From positions 13,212 through 45,211 of the forward strand of contig CAZMHU010000012.1 of the NCBI GenBank assembly GCA_964566175.1: a DNA stretch of 32,000 nucleotides, in the 5' to 3' direction. Below the pieces are notes generated by a model that did no database searches, was not told where the DNA came from, and worked only from the letters and a program-made list of their open reading frames with translations. Origin of the DNA: an uncultured Eubacteriales bacterium. Lineage in GTDB: Bacteria > Bacillota > Clostridia > Oscillospirales > Acutalibacteraceae. This document shows, one piece after another, positions 16,532 to 25,200 of this stretch (its first letter is position 1; every line of letters begins with the position of its first letter). The position numbers were made by a program, and so were the translations under genes.

Positions 16532-18458
16532 ATGGTCTTTCTGGGATATTGTCCGGTTTTTTCATATCCTGCGGGGGTTTGCCGTCGGGCATTTGCATAT
16601 CACCGTTTTTGTCGGGCTCTCTTTTTTCGCTGCCGAAAGAGTGTCCGTTACCCCGTGTGTCGGAGGAATAAAGCGACGAAGAAAGTATTACTTCGCTTAT
16701 AAGCGTGTAATCGCTTACAGAGAAATCGGCGGCGTAGCCGTTTTCGTCGGCGTTTTCGACTGTTCCGCCCGAAACGATTTTATAGGTATTGCCTTTTGTG
16801 ATTTTCGGTGATGTCACCGCGGCGGAAGAATATTCTTTTTTCGGTGTGAAAGAAACAAGTGCGTTTCCGTCCGCATCGCAAACCGTAAAAGCGGTTTCGG
16901 CGGGTTGACTGTTAAAACTCAAAAATATTCCGCCCTGGTTTTCGGCACTTGTGAAACCTGACGCCATTTGTGAACTGCCGAGCGCTATAAGCGTGCCGCC
17001 TTTAACGGTGCAACCGTTCTCGTAATCAAGCGCACCGTCCGCACCGCTTGTAGGGCCGCTGACAAGCGTAATACCGCCGCTTATTTCCATGGTTCCGTTG
17101 GAATCGATTCCGTCACCGTCTGCGGAGATAAAATGATATCCGCCCGATATTATAAGTTTTCCGCCGTTGTCCCCAAAAGCGTTTTGTCCCGGTCTTCTGC
17201 CCAAAGACGACGAATCGTTTCCACCGGCGGCGTTCAGTCCGTCGTCGGTAGCATATACCGTTGTTTTTCCGCCAGACAGATACAGTTTTTTCGCTTCCAA
17301 TCCTTCATAACTTTTGTTGATTTCAACCGTTCCGCCGGAAATCGAAAGCGTGTCGTCGGCATGTATTCCGTCATTGCCCGATTTAATCGAAAAAACTCCG
17401 TTTTCCACCATTACAGTTCCGTTTGAATGAACGGCATCGTCGGCGGAGTCGATAACAAAACTTCCACCGTTTATAATAATGTCGCACTCCGCCTTTAAGC
17501 CCTTTGCGGAGGGGGTGTCGTCGGTTGTTGTGTTGTCGGTGGTTTTGTTGCCTTTGCTGAATTTCCAACTGCCGTTCCATTCGTTCTTGGCACTTGCCGA
17601 TGCGTTGTCACTTCCGCCGCCCGTTTTGAGACTTATATTTCCGCTTTCGGCTTTGATGACGGTTTCTGCCTGTATTCCGTCGTTTTCAGCCGTTATGTTA
17701 AGGGTTGTGTCGGTTATATAAACAAAACCTCGTGCCGAGTCGGTGTCGTTGTCGGAGCGGATACCGTCACTTCCTGCGGTTATATTTATGTTTCCGCCGC
17801 CGAATTTTACACAGTCCTTTCCGCTGAGTCCGACCTTTTTTGCCGTAATATTCAGCGTGCCGTTCGTTATAATAAGGTTATCTTTGGAAACGACGGCGTG
17901 TTTGTGATTGCCGGAAACAGTCAATGTGCCGCCGCCGTTAATACAAAGGTCGGTTTTGCTGAAGATTGTGCCGTCGAGTGTAGAACTGTCTTCGGTAATG
18001 TCATACTCGTCACCGTCTGAGAATGTGTTTTGAGAGCCGTCGGCAAGGGTTATAAACACCTTATCGGCGTTTTTTAAAAATACGGCGGGCGAGGCGGTGT
18101 TTTGAATAGTTGTGTTTTGAAGAACAAGTTGTACTTTATCGGTGTCTGCGGCATCGACAACGAGCATACAATTATTGCATTCGCCCGAAATAATATATGT
18201 TCCCGCACTGTTTATCACAATTCTTCCGTTTTCGGCAGTGGCTGTTGCAAGGTCAATTTTCTCTGCTGTGTCGGCGGAAAATGACGCGTCGGTATCTTTG
18301 GAAGAAAAAGTGAAATCCATTTTTGATATATCCGCAGAAAGTTGAATATCTGTTATATCGGTGAGGGAGGAAGTTCTGTCTGCACCGCCCTTACAGGCGC
18401 AAAGAGTGAGGTTTATGCAGAGCATAAGCGCTGCCACCGAAATAAAACGTTTAATCAA
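16530..18458 (-). CDS. secreted lipoprotein with repetitive beta-helix-like carbohydrate-binding domain (Cthe_2159 / PF14262-like)
   Basis: 642 aa. Signal peptide MIKRFISVAALMLCINLTLCAC with a lipobox-like Cys. Periodic G/N/D/T-rich repeats (INSAGTYIISG, VQLVLQNTTIQN, ITLADGSQNTFSDG, and others). Pro/Asp/Lys-rich tail. The TTG start overlaps the DUF4956 stop (TTGA). Confidence 0.6.
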   Translation of the reverse strand: MIKRFISVAALMLCINLTLCACKGGADRTSSLTDITDIQLSADISKMDFTFSSKDTDASFSADTAEKIDLATATAENGRIVINSAGTYIISGECNNCMLVVDAADTDKVQLVLQNTTIQNTASPAVFLKNADKVFITLADGSQNTFSDGDEYDITEDSSTLDGTIFSKTDLCINGGGTLTVSGNHKHAVVSKDNLIITNGTLNITAKKVGLSGKDCVKFGGGNINITAGSDGIRSDNDTDSARGFVYITDTTLNITAENDGIQAETVIKAESGNISLKTGGGSDNASASAKNEWNGSWKFSKGNKTTDNTTTDDTPSAKGLKAECDIIINGGSFVIDSADDAVHSNGTVMVENGVFSIKSGNDGIHADDTLSISGGTVEINKSYEGLEAKKLYLSGGKTTVYATDDGLNAAGGNDSSSLGRRPGQNAFGDNGGKLIISGGYHFISADGDGIDSNGTMEISGGITLVSGPTSGADGALDYENGCTVKGGTLIALGSSQMASGFTSAENQGGIFLSFNSQPAETAFTVCDADGNALVSFTPKKEYSSAAVTSPKITKGNTYKIVSGGTVENADENGYAADFSVSDYTLISEVILSSSLYSSDTRGNGHSFGSEKREPDKNGDMQMPDGKPPQDMKKPDNIPERP

Positions 18459-19123
18459 AGCGAGTCACTTCCTTCAACAGTCTCCGAAACCGCAATTTCG
18501 AGATTTCCGTTGCGGCAACGAAGTTCGTCAATAAATTCTTTGAGTTGTGACGGATTGTTCAGTTCGATTTTGTACTGAAGTTTATAAAGACTTCCCATGT
18601 TGCTTGTCTTCACCGACACAAGGCGATGGCTTTTAAGATGTTTTTCGAAGATATCATCGAAAGCGCCGGAAAATTCGAGCGTTTCGGGCACGGTTATACG
18701 CATATCGCGCTGGCGGTCGGAATTGAGTGCAGTTGCCGAGAGTAACATCATAACAGCACCGACTGCGGCGGTGAAAATCAGTGCGATAACGGCATACCCC
18801 GCCGCACAGGCAAGTCCTGCCGTCATTGTGAGGAAAATAGATACAATATCTCGCGCTTTGCCTGGTGCGGAGCGGAAACGGACAAGCGAGAATGCACCCA
18901 TTACGGCAACTCCTGTGCCAATATTACCGTTTACCATCGTGATGACGGTTTGAACAATCGGTGGAAGTAAAATCAAAGCCGATAAAAAACTTTTTGTTGT
19001 GTTTGAGCGGAATCCCGACGTAACCGCGGCAATAATTCCGCAGGCGAACGCCGCCGCAAGGCAGAGAAAATATGTGTCTGTTGTTATTGTTCCGGTGTTT
19101 ACGGAACTAAAAATGTTTTCCAT
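18455..19123 (-). CDS. DUF4956 family integral membrane protein
   Basis: 222 aa with four predicted TM segments and a GAFSLVRFRSAPGKARDIVSIF motif recalled as the DUF4956 signature. RBS AAGGAGAA precedes ATG 19123. Confidence 0.65.
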   Translation of the reverse strand: MENIFSSVNTGTITTDTYFLCLAAAFACGIIAAVTSGFRSNTTKSFLSALILLPPIVQTVITMVNGNIGTGVAVMGAFSLVRFRSAPGKARDIVSIFLTMTAGLACAAGYAVIALIFTAAVGAVMMLLSATALNSDRQRDMRITVPETLEFSGAFDDIFEKHLKSHRLVSVKTSNMGSLYKLQYKIELNNPSQLKEFIDELRCRNGNLEIAVSETVEGSDSL

Positions 19124-19138
19124 TTGTGGTTCTCCTTT

Positions 19139-19846
19139 TCAGTGTGTTGCCGCAAGGCTTTTTTGTTTGTCTGCGTTTAAAAGATAATCCCTGTACGCCG
19201 TGGCGTATTTTGAATAGGGCGCAGGAAATATTCGGTTTTTGCTCAGCGTTTCAGAAAGCCAAAGGGGCATAGCGTTTGCCGTCTTAATTTCGAGAAGTAC
19301 GGTGTTTTTCGGCTGTATAACGGTAAAGTCGTTCGCGCCGTACCGCCGATAGCGAATATTTCGGTCGAAAGTCAGTCGCAGACTTTTCGCCTCGGGCGAG
19401 AAAAAAGCATCTCTCTCGCAAGCGATATCTATCATCGGCAGCGGGTGATTATACAACGAAAGTGCATAGTCAATTTCTTTGACAATTTGCTGCTCAGGCG
19501 GACGCGTTTCGCCGTATATGTATTTCAGAGCATCGCCCCGCTTGAGGGATATTCGCCGTTTGTAAACAACGCCCATGTATTTTTTCTTTATTTCCAGAAA
19601 CGCCGTGCTGTCGGGCGATGTGTTGCCGTAACATCTGAGCCGCAACTTTTCTTTATATGATACGGCATCTATGGAATTGCGTATAAGCAGAAAATCGGGT
19701 GTGTCGAGGTACGTGCTTATCACAGTGCTCCTGCCGTGGGCGTCGGGTGTCAGGCGGTCGCCTATAATTTGAATAAGCGCTTCGTATTGACTGTCAGACA
19801 GCATATATTTCTTTTCTGTTCTTTTAAAAATATAAACGGTATCCAT
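19139..19846 (-). CDS. VTC-domain (polyphosphate polymerase-like, CYTH/triphosphate-tunnel fold) protein
   Basis: 235 aa with FKRTEKKYML (ExK strand), STYLDTPDF, KEKLRLRCY and FLEIKKKYMGVVYKRR. This matches the bacterial VTC/polyphosphate polymerase domain pattern. Confidence 0.7.
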   Translation of the reverse strand: MDTVYIFKRTEKKYMLSDSQYEALIQIIGDRLTPDAHGRSTVISTYLDTPDFLLIRNSIDAVSYKEKLRLRCYGNTSPDSTAFLEIKKKYMGVVYKRRISLKRGDALKYIYGETRPPEQQIVKEIDYALSLYNHPLPMIDIACERDAFFSPEAKSLRLTFDRNIRYRRYGANDFTVIQPKNTVLLEIKTANAMPLWLSETLSKNRIFPAPYSKYATAYRDYLLNADKQKSLAATH

Positions 19847-19945
19847 ATTTTTCGCCTCCCTAAATATATCATATTATTAAAAATTCGTCTGTTTTTAAAT
19901 AATAAGTAAATTAAGAAGCGAAAAAACGTCACATTTCCGCAACAA

Positions 19946-19975
19946 TTAAAAATCGGAGCACCCAAGAGTGCTCCG
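19946..19975 (-). terminator. intrinsic terminator after the PnuC-like gene
   Basis: Minus strand reads CGGAGCAC-TCTTGG-GTGCTCCG followed by ATTTTTAATT. The stems lie at 19954-19961 and 19968-19975. Confidence 0.75.
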
Positions 19976-19987
19976 ACCGAACTGAAA

Positions 19988-20728
19988 TTATTTACTTTGT
20001 ACGATTTGATGCTTTTTGGTATATATATACCATTTTACAATTCCGTAAACGGTGTTTACAATCATTGCAACCTCGCAAATTGTGAGGATATACGAACCGG
20101 ATTTGATATCCATTATAAGATAGAGGACAGATGTTATCAGCCACGCAACCCACTGCTCGCTGTAACGCAACAACAGAAGTACGCCGTTTGCCATTCCGAC
20201 AGCCGATGCAAACGCTTCCCAATAAGACTCGTTTGAGCCGGGGATATTTTGCACCGCCCAACCGAAGAAAAGTCCGAATGCGATAACACCGGCAATAATA
20301 AGAAGGCTTTGCCAAGGTTTAAGACGTTTAACTTCGGTCAGATTTTCATCTTCTGCGTCGGGGTGCTTGCTCCAACGTATAAAACTTACAACGTCAATGG
20401 GTATCCAGAAAAGCATTATTGTTGCGGCAAGGGTGTACCAGCCGAGAACAAGTGCAGTCACAAGTTCCGCAATTTCGATAAACACGATATCGATAATAAA
20501 GTTCCACTTGCTTTGCTTTGATATAAGCAGTTCGCATAGCGGGTTTGCAAGTGTATCGATAACAAAAAAGATAACAACGAAAGCGCCTTTTGCTCTTGCT
20601 TCCGCTTCAAGCATATATTCCGGAAAGAATATCAAAAAAGCGGCGGTGAGGAGAATTACCGTTGAAAGGTAAATAATTTGGTATGGTGTAAATGATTTTA
20701 AAAAACTTTTGATTTTTGCTGTATTCAT
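19988..20728 (-). CDS. PnuC-like (nicotinamide riboside transporter family) membrane protein
   Basis: 246 aa with ~7 TM segments. It carries the two Trp-containing segments typical of Pnu transporters (LFWIPIDVVSFIRWSKH and QWVAWLITSVLYLI...VYGIVKWY). Substrate unknown. Confidence 0.55.
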   Translation of the reverse strand: MNTAKIKSFLKSFTPYQIIYLSTVILLTAAFLIFFPEYMLEAEARAKGAFVVIFFVIDTLANPLCELLISKQSKWNFIIDIVFIEIAELVTALVLGWYTLAATIMLFWIPIDVVSFIRWSKHPDAEDENLTEVKRLKPWQSLLIIAGVIAFGLFFGWAVQNIPGSNESYWEAFASAVGMANGVLLLLRYSEQWVAWLITSVLYLIMDIKSGSYILTICEVAMIVNTVYGIVKWYIYTKKHQIVQSK

Positions 20729-20731
20729 TTT

Positions 20732-21538
20732 TCAGTCTCTTTCTATATAGTCTTTGATTTTCGGGAAAGCGCGCAGACAGTTATAAAAATAAACGTCGTC
20801 ACGCTGTTCGCTTGAGAAAATTTTCTCGATGGTATAATCGTATTCCCCGATAGCGGTCAAATTTATAGGCGGACAAAAATCTGTACCGTAGAGAATTTTT
20901 TTGTATGTATCGGGAAATAGTTCTATTGCGTTTTTGAAGGTTTGAATTGCCCATTCGATATTCGCGCCTTCGTGAGTTCCCGGCTCGTATGCGCCTGAAA
21001 AATCGGTATACATATTCGGCATTTCGTGTACTGTCTTTATGCACTCTTCAAAACGCGGGTCATCCATATGAGCGACGATAAAGTTGACATCGGGAAAATC
21101 TGCGGCAGCATCCTTAACAAAACGGGCGGAAGAATCATCCATATCGTTGTCCGTCGGTAATACAAGCGAGCACGAGCCGGTGTGAAAGGTTACACTCAGG
21201 CGGTGCTTTCTTGCAAACTCATAAACAGGATAGAGCCGTTTGTCGTTTGCCTTGCCGGTTTGGTAGGTGAGATAAATTTTAAGACCGACTACCGGATAGA
21301 TATTTATTTTTTTTTCGATTTTATTGAGTTGGGATAAAATATCTCCGCTTATATCCACCGCCGGACAGATAAAAAGCCTTCTGTCGCCGAGCACGGTGTT
21401 GTAAATATCGTTTTCTATTCCGACACAAGAAAATTTATCAATAAATTCCATACACACAGCATATCCGTCGGTCTTTGAAAAATAGTCACTTCGGATTTTT
21501 TCGTTTACGATGTGACAGTGACAGTCGATTTTTCTCAT
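20732..21538 (-). CDS. amidohydrolase-2 (PF04909-like) metal-dependent hydrolase
   Basis: Motifs MRKIDCHCHI (HxH metal motif), FHTG and VAHMDD. The true start is ATG 21538 (RBS AAGGAGG 9 nt upstream); the TTG 21559 extension in the ORF track actually covers the RBS. It ends 3 nt before the PnuC-like start. Confidence 0.7.
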   Translation of the reverse strand: MRKIDCHCHIVNEKIRSDYFSKTDGYAVCMEFIDKFSCVGIENDIYNTVLGDRRLFICPAVDISGDILSQLNKIEKKINIYPVVGLKIYLTYQTGKANDKRLYPVYEFARKHRLSVTFHTGSCSLVLPTDNDMDDSSARFVKDAAADFPDVNFIVAHMDDPRFEECIKTVHEMPNMYTDFSGAYEPGTHEGANIEWAIQTFKNAIELFPDTYKKILYGTDFCPPINLTAIGEYDYTIEKIFSSEQRDDVYFYNCLRAFPKIKDYIERD

Positions 21539-21778
21539 ATTACGATACCTCCTTTGCAAAATCGCATATTATGATATCACATTTCGGCAACAAAGTAAAC
21601 AGGGAAAACAAATCGCATTTGCGGAACTCGGTAGGCTCAAAGCAATACTTCGTTATAGTAATGCACTGTATTTTTATGTTGCTTTTTATGCAATATAATG
21701 ATATGATAATGACATAACAGAAAGCACAAAAAACAAAGAAGTTATTGTTTTTAATAAACCAAGGAGATAAAATGTTTT

Positions 21779-22168
21779 ATGAAAAGACGTATCATTTATA
21801 TCGGAATTGCCGTAGTGTTGATTGCGGCTGTTGTTGTAATGTCTTGTCTTCTTATGGGCAAAAAGCAGGGAACTATTGTCGGTGATTGGGAAACCGATAT
21901 AAAACTTGTCGAAGAGGGCGACACGAGTTATTTCATAGGAAATCACGAGGTTTTAAGTTTTTATAAAGACGGATCGGGACTGAAGGTTGCATATGGCCTC
22001 GGAGATCGCACGACCGAAACGGTTTTTGATTATACAATAGACGGCGAGTGGCTGACAATAAGCGCAGTAGGCAATCCGGACGCCGAGTTTAAATTTTCGA
22101 TAAACGGAGATTCCCTCACGATGGAGAGCATGGGTATGAGCGTTGAATATGAACGTATAAACAAATAA
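21779..22168 (+). CDS. small exported/lipoprotein-like hypothetical protein
   Basis: 129 aa. N-terminal hydrophobic segment with lipobox-like VMSC. RBS AAGGAGA upstream. No recognisable catalytic motif. Confidence 0.5.
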   Translation: MKRRIIYIGIAVVLIAAVVVMSCLLMGKKQGTIVGDWETDIKLVEEGDTSYFIGNHEVLSFYKDGSGLKVAYGLGDRTTETVFDYTIDGEWLTISAVGNPDAEFKFSINGDSLTMESMGMSVEYERINK

Positions 22169-22169
22169 A

Positions 22170-22199
22170 AAATACACCGCCGCAGCGGTGTATTTTTTA
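22170..22199. terminator. bidirectional terminator
   Basis: ATACACCGC-CGCA-GCGGTGTAT (22172-22193), flanked by an A-run and a T-run. It sits between convergent genes. Confidence 0.8.
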
Positions 22200-23006
22200 T
22201 TTGTTTTTCTTGATTATGCGAATATTGGAAACGAGCAAAACCAAAACGGCAAGAAGTGCCATATTTCCGAAAACGGTATATATTATTCCGGTTATAAGGG
22301 AATACATACATTCGCTTGTAATGTTGAGTTTTGCTATGCTGCCCGATAATGTCAAAACCAAGGGCAGCAAAAATATCATAAGTGTCGAGCCGACCGAAAA
22401 ACTAACACGGTAGTAAAGAAAATCCGATTTGTTCATACGCTTTACCGTGAGCATAAGCAGTGCGGAAAGTATTATCAGTGCCGCACCCGCCAAATATGCC
22501 GTGGGGGATAGCAGATTATAACCCTTTGCGGCATAACGCATAATTCGTGAATTTACGATATCGTTATAGGGCGCGCAAAGATAGTTTACAAAACGTGTAA
22601 TGTTCTCGTCACTGTCGGAGCGGTCGGTTGCAGAGGTATAGTCTGCGGTCATTTCATATTCCGAAATATCTTTTTTCATCTTTTCGGAAAAGGCGGTGCT
22701 GTCAAAACTACTGCCGTCATAGGCAGAACTTAAGGCTTTTTTGATATCCGCAAAAAGGTCATCTTCCGATATTCCGTTTTTGAAAAAGTCGTCCGGCAGA
22801 CCTCCCGAAACAACGCGGGCATTAAGTTCTTCGGTTATTTCCGTTTCGGCCTTTTTTGCAAAATCAGTGCTGTTCATTACAAAAAGCAGGCTTTTTTCGG
22901 AGAGCGTCGCAGTTATCGATAGCAACACAGCGGAAAGCGCGAAAAGCAGTGTCGCGGCAAATGAGAGGAACAGACTTATAATTTTTCTCAAAAGTTCTTT
23001 ATTCAT
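22197..23006 (-). CDS. hypothetical polytopic membrane protein, co-operonic with sortase
   Basis: One N-terminal TM segment, an acidic ~140-aa loop, and three C-terminal TM segments. The likely start is ATG 23006 (RBS GAGGTG 6 nt upstream) rather than GTG 23015. No family recognised. Confidence 0.55.
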   Translation of the reverse strand: MNKELLRKIISLFLSFAATLLFALSAVLLSITATLSEKSLLFVMNSTDFAKKAETEITEELNARVVSGGLPDDFFKNGISEDDLFADIKKALSSAYDGSSFDSTAFSEKMKKDISEYEMTADYTSATDRSDSDENITRFVNYLCAPYNDIVNSRIMRYAAKGYNLLSPTAYLAGAALIILSALLMLTVKRMNKSDFLYYRVSFSVGSTLMIFLLPLVLTLSGSIAKLNITSECMYSLITGIIYTVFGNMALLAVLVLLVSNIRIIKKNK

Positions 23007-23017
23007 CGCTGCCACCT

Positions 23018-23677
23018 CTATTTGTCATACAAAATCTTAGGTCCCGAAACATATTTGCAGTAAACAAAATATCTTTCATTGGTGAGACCGAGCATATTAA
23101 AGGGATAACAGGTGTAAATTATAAGATTTTCGTAATCGGCGGTGATGTCATATGCGGTGCTGTCGGTTGATTTACAGACGGCGGTGCGTTCTATTTCATA
23201 AACATAGTCGCCATAATTTGTGTTAAGCATAACTTTATCGCCGATTTCCGCCTCACCGAGTGTGTGTAAAAACGAGTTATTATGACCCGAAAGCAAAACC
23301 GTACTGCCGCTTCCGACAAACATACTGCCGTTATATTGGCATACGCCCTTTTTGAGAAGTTTTGTGTTGTCGCCGTAATAAACCGGAACGTCAATATCGG
23401 CGGTTTCAATTATAAGTTCGGCATATTTATCGCCGTAGTTCGGAAACGTTATTAAACTTGACGGAACGGTTTCGGTATAGCCGTCAAGTCGATTGGTCAT
23501 TAAATCTTCCGATTCATATTCCGTAATGCCGCCGGTCACCAAATTCCACACACCGATAAGCGGATTTATAAGTGAGCCGAAGGTAATATAAATCAAAAGA
23601 TATCCGGCTATAGCAAAGGCTAATGGCGTTATAATAAACGACATTAGCCTTTTGTTAGCCTTGATATGTTTGCTCAA
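23018..23677 (-). CDS. sortase family transpeptidase
   Basis: 219 aa. N-terminal membrane anchor, catalytic His (LLSGHNNSF), Cys (IIYTCYPF) and a downstream Arg (NERYFVY). Start codon uncertain: TTG 23677 or ATG 23644. Confidence 0.75.
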   Translation of the reverse strand: MSKHIKANKRLMSFIITPLAFAIAGYLLIYITFGSLINPLIGVWNLVTGGITEYESEDLMTNRLDGYTETVPSSLITFPNYGDKYAELIIETADIDVPVYYGDNTKLLKKGVCQYNGSMFVGSGSTVLLSGHNNSFLHTLGEAEIGDKVMLNTNYGDYVYEIERTAVCKSTDSTAYDITADYENLIIYTCYPFNMLGLTNERYFVYCKYVSGPKILYDK

Positions 23678-24274
23678 TTAGAAAAGTTCCGCTTTCTTTG
23701 CGGTGAATACAGAACCTGTAACGAGTGCCATGAAAGCAGCGCCGATAACGAGCATAAGAGCAACGTTAACGTCAGCACCTGTTGACTTGATAACAGCGGT
23801 ATTCTCAAACTTTACAGTGCCGGCGGCGTCGGTGATAATGACCTTATTGCCGTCAAAAGTGAGAGAAAGGTCTGTAACTGCGGCAGCGGTCTGACCTGCG
23901 TTCAAAACAGCGGTTCTGACATCTGCGGGAAGATTCTTAACCTCAACCTTGCCGTTCTTAACAACGGTCGGGTCGGCAGCAACTGCGGCGGAAATCTTGG
24001 TTTTACCGACTTCAATCTGTGCAACGATTTCGTTGTACTGAGTTTCGGTCAAGTCGCCCTGTGTGCTGGCAAAATATGATTTAGCCTGATTTACATAATC
24101 AGCGGGGATTGCGAATGTGGCAGTTGTTGTGCCGGTTGTGATGTCAAGTTTGTTACCGAGGAGAGCAATAATCTTCTGTTCATAATCACCGTAAGTTCCG
24201 GCGGCAGAAGCACTTACTGCAACCAAAGTGAACATAAGGATGAATGTCATAACGAGTGCGAGAATTTTTTTCAT
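23678..24274 (-). CDS. cell-wall-sorted surface protein with atypical sorting signal (IKSTG)
   Basis: Signal peptide MKKILALVMTFILMFTLVAVSASA (start ATG 24274, RBS AAAGAGG). The C-terminus is tripartite: VIKSTG, then the hydrophobic stretch ADVNVALMLVIGAAFMALVTGSVF, then a TAKKAELF tail. Confidence 0.65.
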   Translation of the reverse strand: MKKILALVMTFILMFTLVAVSASAAGTYGDYEQKIIALLGNKLDITTGTTTATFAIPADYVNQAKSYFASTQGDLTETQYNEIVAQIEVGKTKISAAVAADPTVVKNGKVEVKNLPADVRTAVLNAGQTAAAVTDLSLTFDGNKVIITDAAGTVKFENTAVIKSTGADVNVALMLVIGAAFMALVTGSVFTAKKAELF

Positions 24275-24396
24275 AACAAAAACCTCTTTCATATATTTTT
24301 TTTGATTATATCATATCGGCACAAAAAAGTAAACTGTTTTTTTGAAAAAATAATATATTTTTTCTTAAATTGCTTCTTCTAATTTTATGCAACATT

Positions 24397-24405
24397 TGGT
24401 ATAAT
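24397..24405 (+). promoter_or_regulatory. extended -10 promoter element upstream of the hydrolase-murF-ddl genes
   Basis: TGGTATAAT (TGn plus TATAAT at 24400-24405), 30 nt upstream of start 24435. The -35 is weak. Confidence 0.45.
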
Positions 24406-24434
24406 ACTATAATAGGTAGATTGGCGGTGTTGTT

Positions 24435-25196
24435 TTGAATATTGAAATTAACGGAATTAACATACATTATATTGATGAGGGCGAGGGCGCTCCGGTGCTA
24501 ATGCTTCACGGTTGGGGGTCGTCTTCTGCGGCGTACCGCGGGATAATAAATTTGCTTTCGGGCAGATTTCGCTGCATAGCGCCCGATTTTCCCGGTTGCG
24601 GTGAAAGCGGTATTATGCCCGACGCATGGACTCTTGACGATTATACACGTTTTGTGAAGAACTTTTGTGATGCACTCGGACTGAAAGATCCTATTATGTT
24701 CGGTCATTCGCACGGCGGACGCGTTACATTGAAAATGGCGGCAAACAAAATTTTGTGCCCGAAGAAAATAGTCTTGCTTGACTCGGCGGGTCTTATTCCG
24801 AAAAAAAGTTTTAAAAGCAAGGTTCGCGCACGCAATTTTAAACTTATCAAACGTGTTCTAACGTCGAAACCGCTTGCGGGACACTGCGACGGTCTGCTTG
24901 AGCGTGCAAGGCGGCATTACGGTTCTGCCGACTACAACGCCGCGCCCCCTGTGCTTCGCAAGACACTTGTTAATCTTGTCAATACCGATATACGTAACGA
25001 ACTTCCGTCAGTAATGGCATCGACATTGCTCATTTGGGGCGAGAACGACACGGCAACGCCCCTTGCCGATGCGAAAATTATCGAAAGTCTTATAAAGGAT
25101 TGCGGGCTGTGCGTAATTCCCAATACGGGTCACTGGTCATTTGTCGAAAACCCAACCCTTGCCCACGCAATAATCAAAAGTTTTTTAGGAGTTTGA
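24435..25196 (+). CDS. alpha/beta-fold hydrolase
   Basis: 253 aa with the VLMLHGWGSS oxyanion region, the GHSHGG nucleophile elbow and a C-terminal GHW His. Confidence 0.8.
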   Translation: MNIEINGINIHYIDEGEGAPVLMLHGWGSSSAAYRGIINLLSGRFRCIAPDFPGCGESGIMPDAWTLDDYTRFVKNFCDALGLKDPIMFGHSHGGRVTLKMAANKILCPKKIVLLDSAGLIPKKSFKSKVRARNFKLIKRVLTSKPLAGHCDGLLERARRHYGSADYNAAPPVLRKTLVNLVNTDIRNELPSVMASTLLIWGENDTATPLADAKIIESLIKDCGLCVIPNTGHWSFVENPTLAHAIIKSFLGV

Positions 25197-25200
25197 TTTT

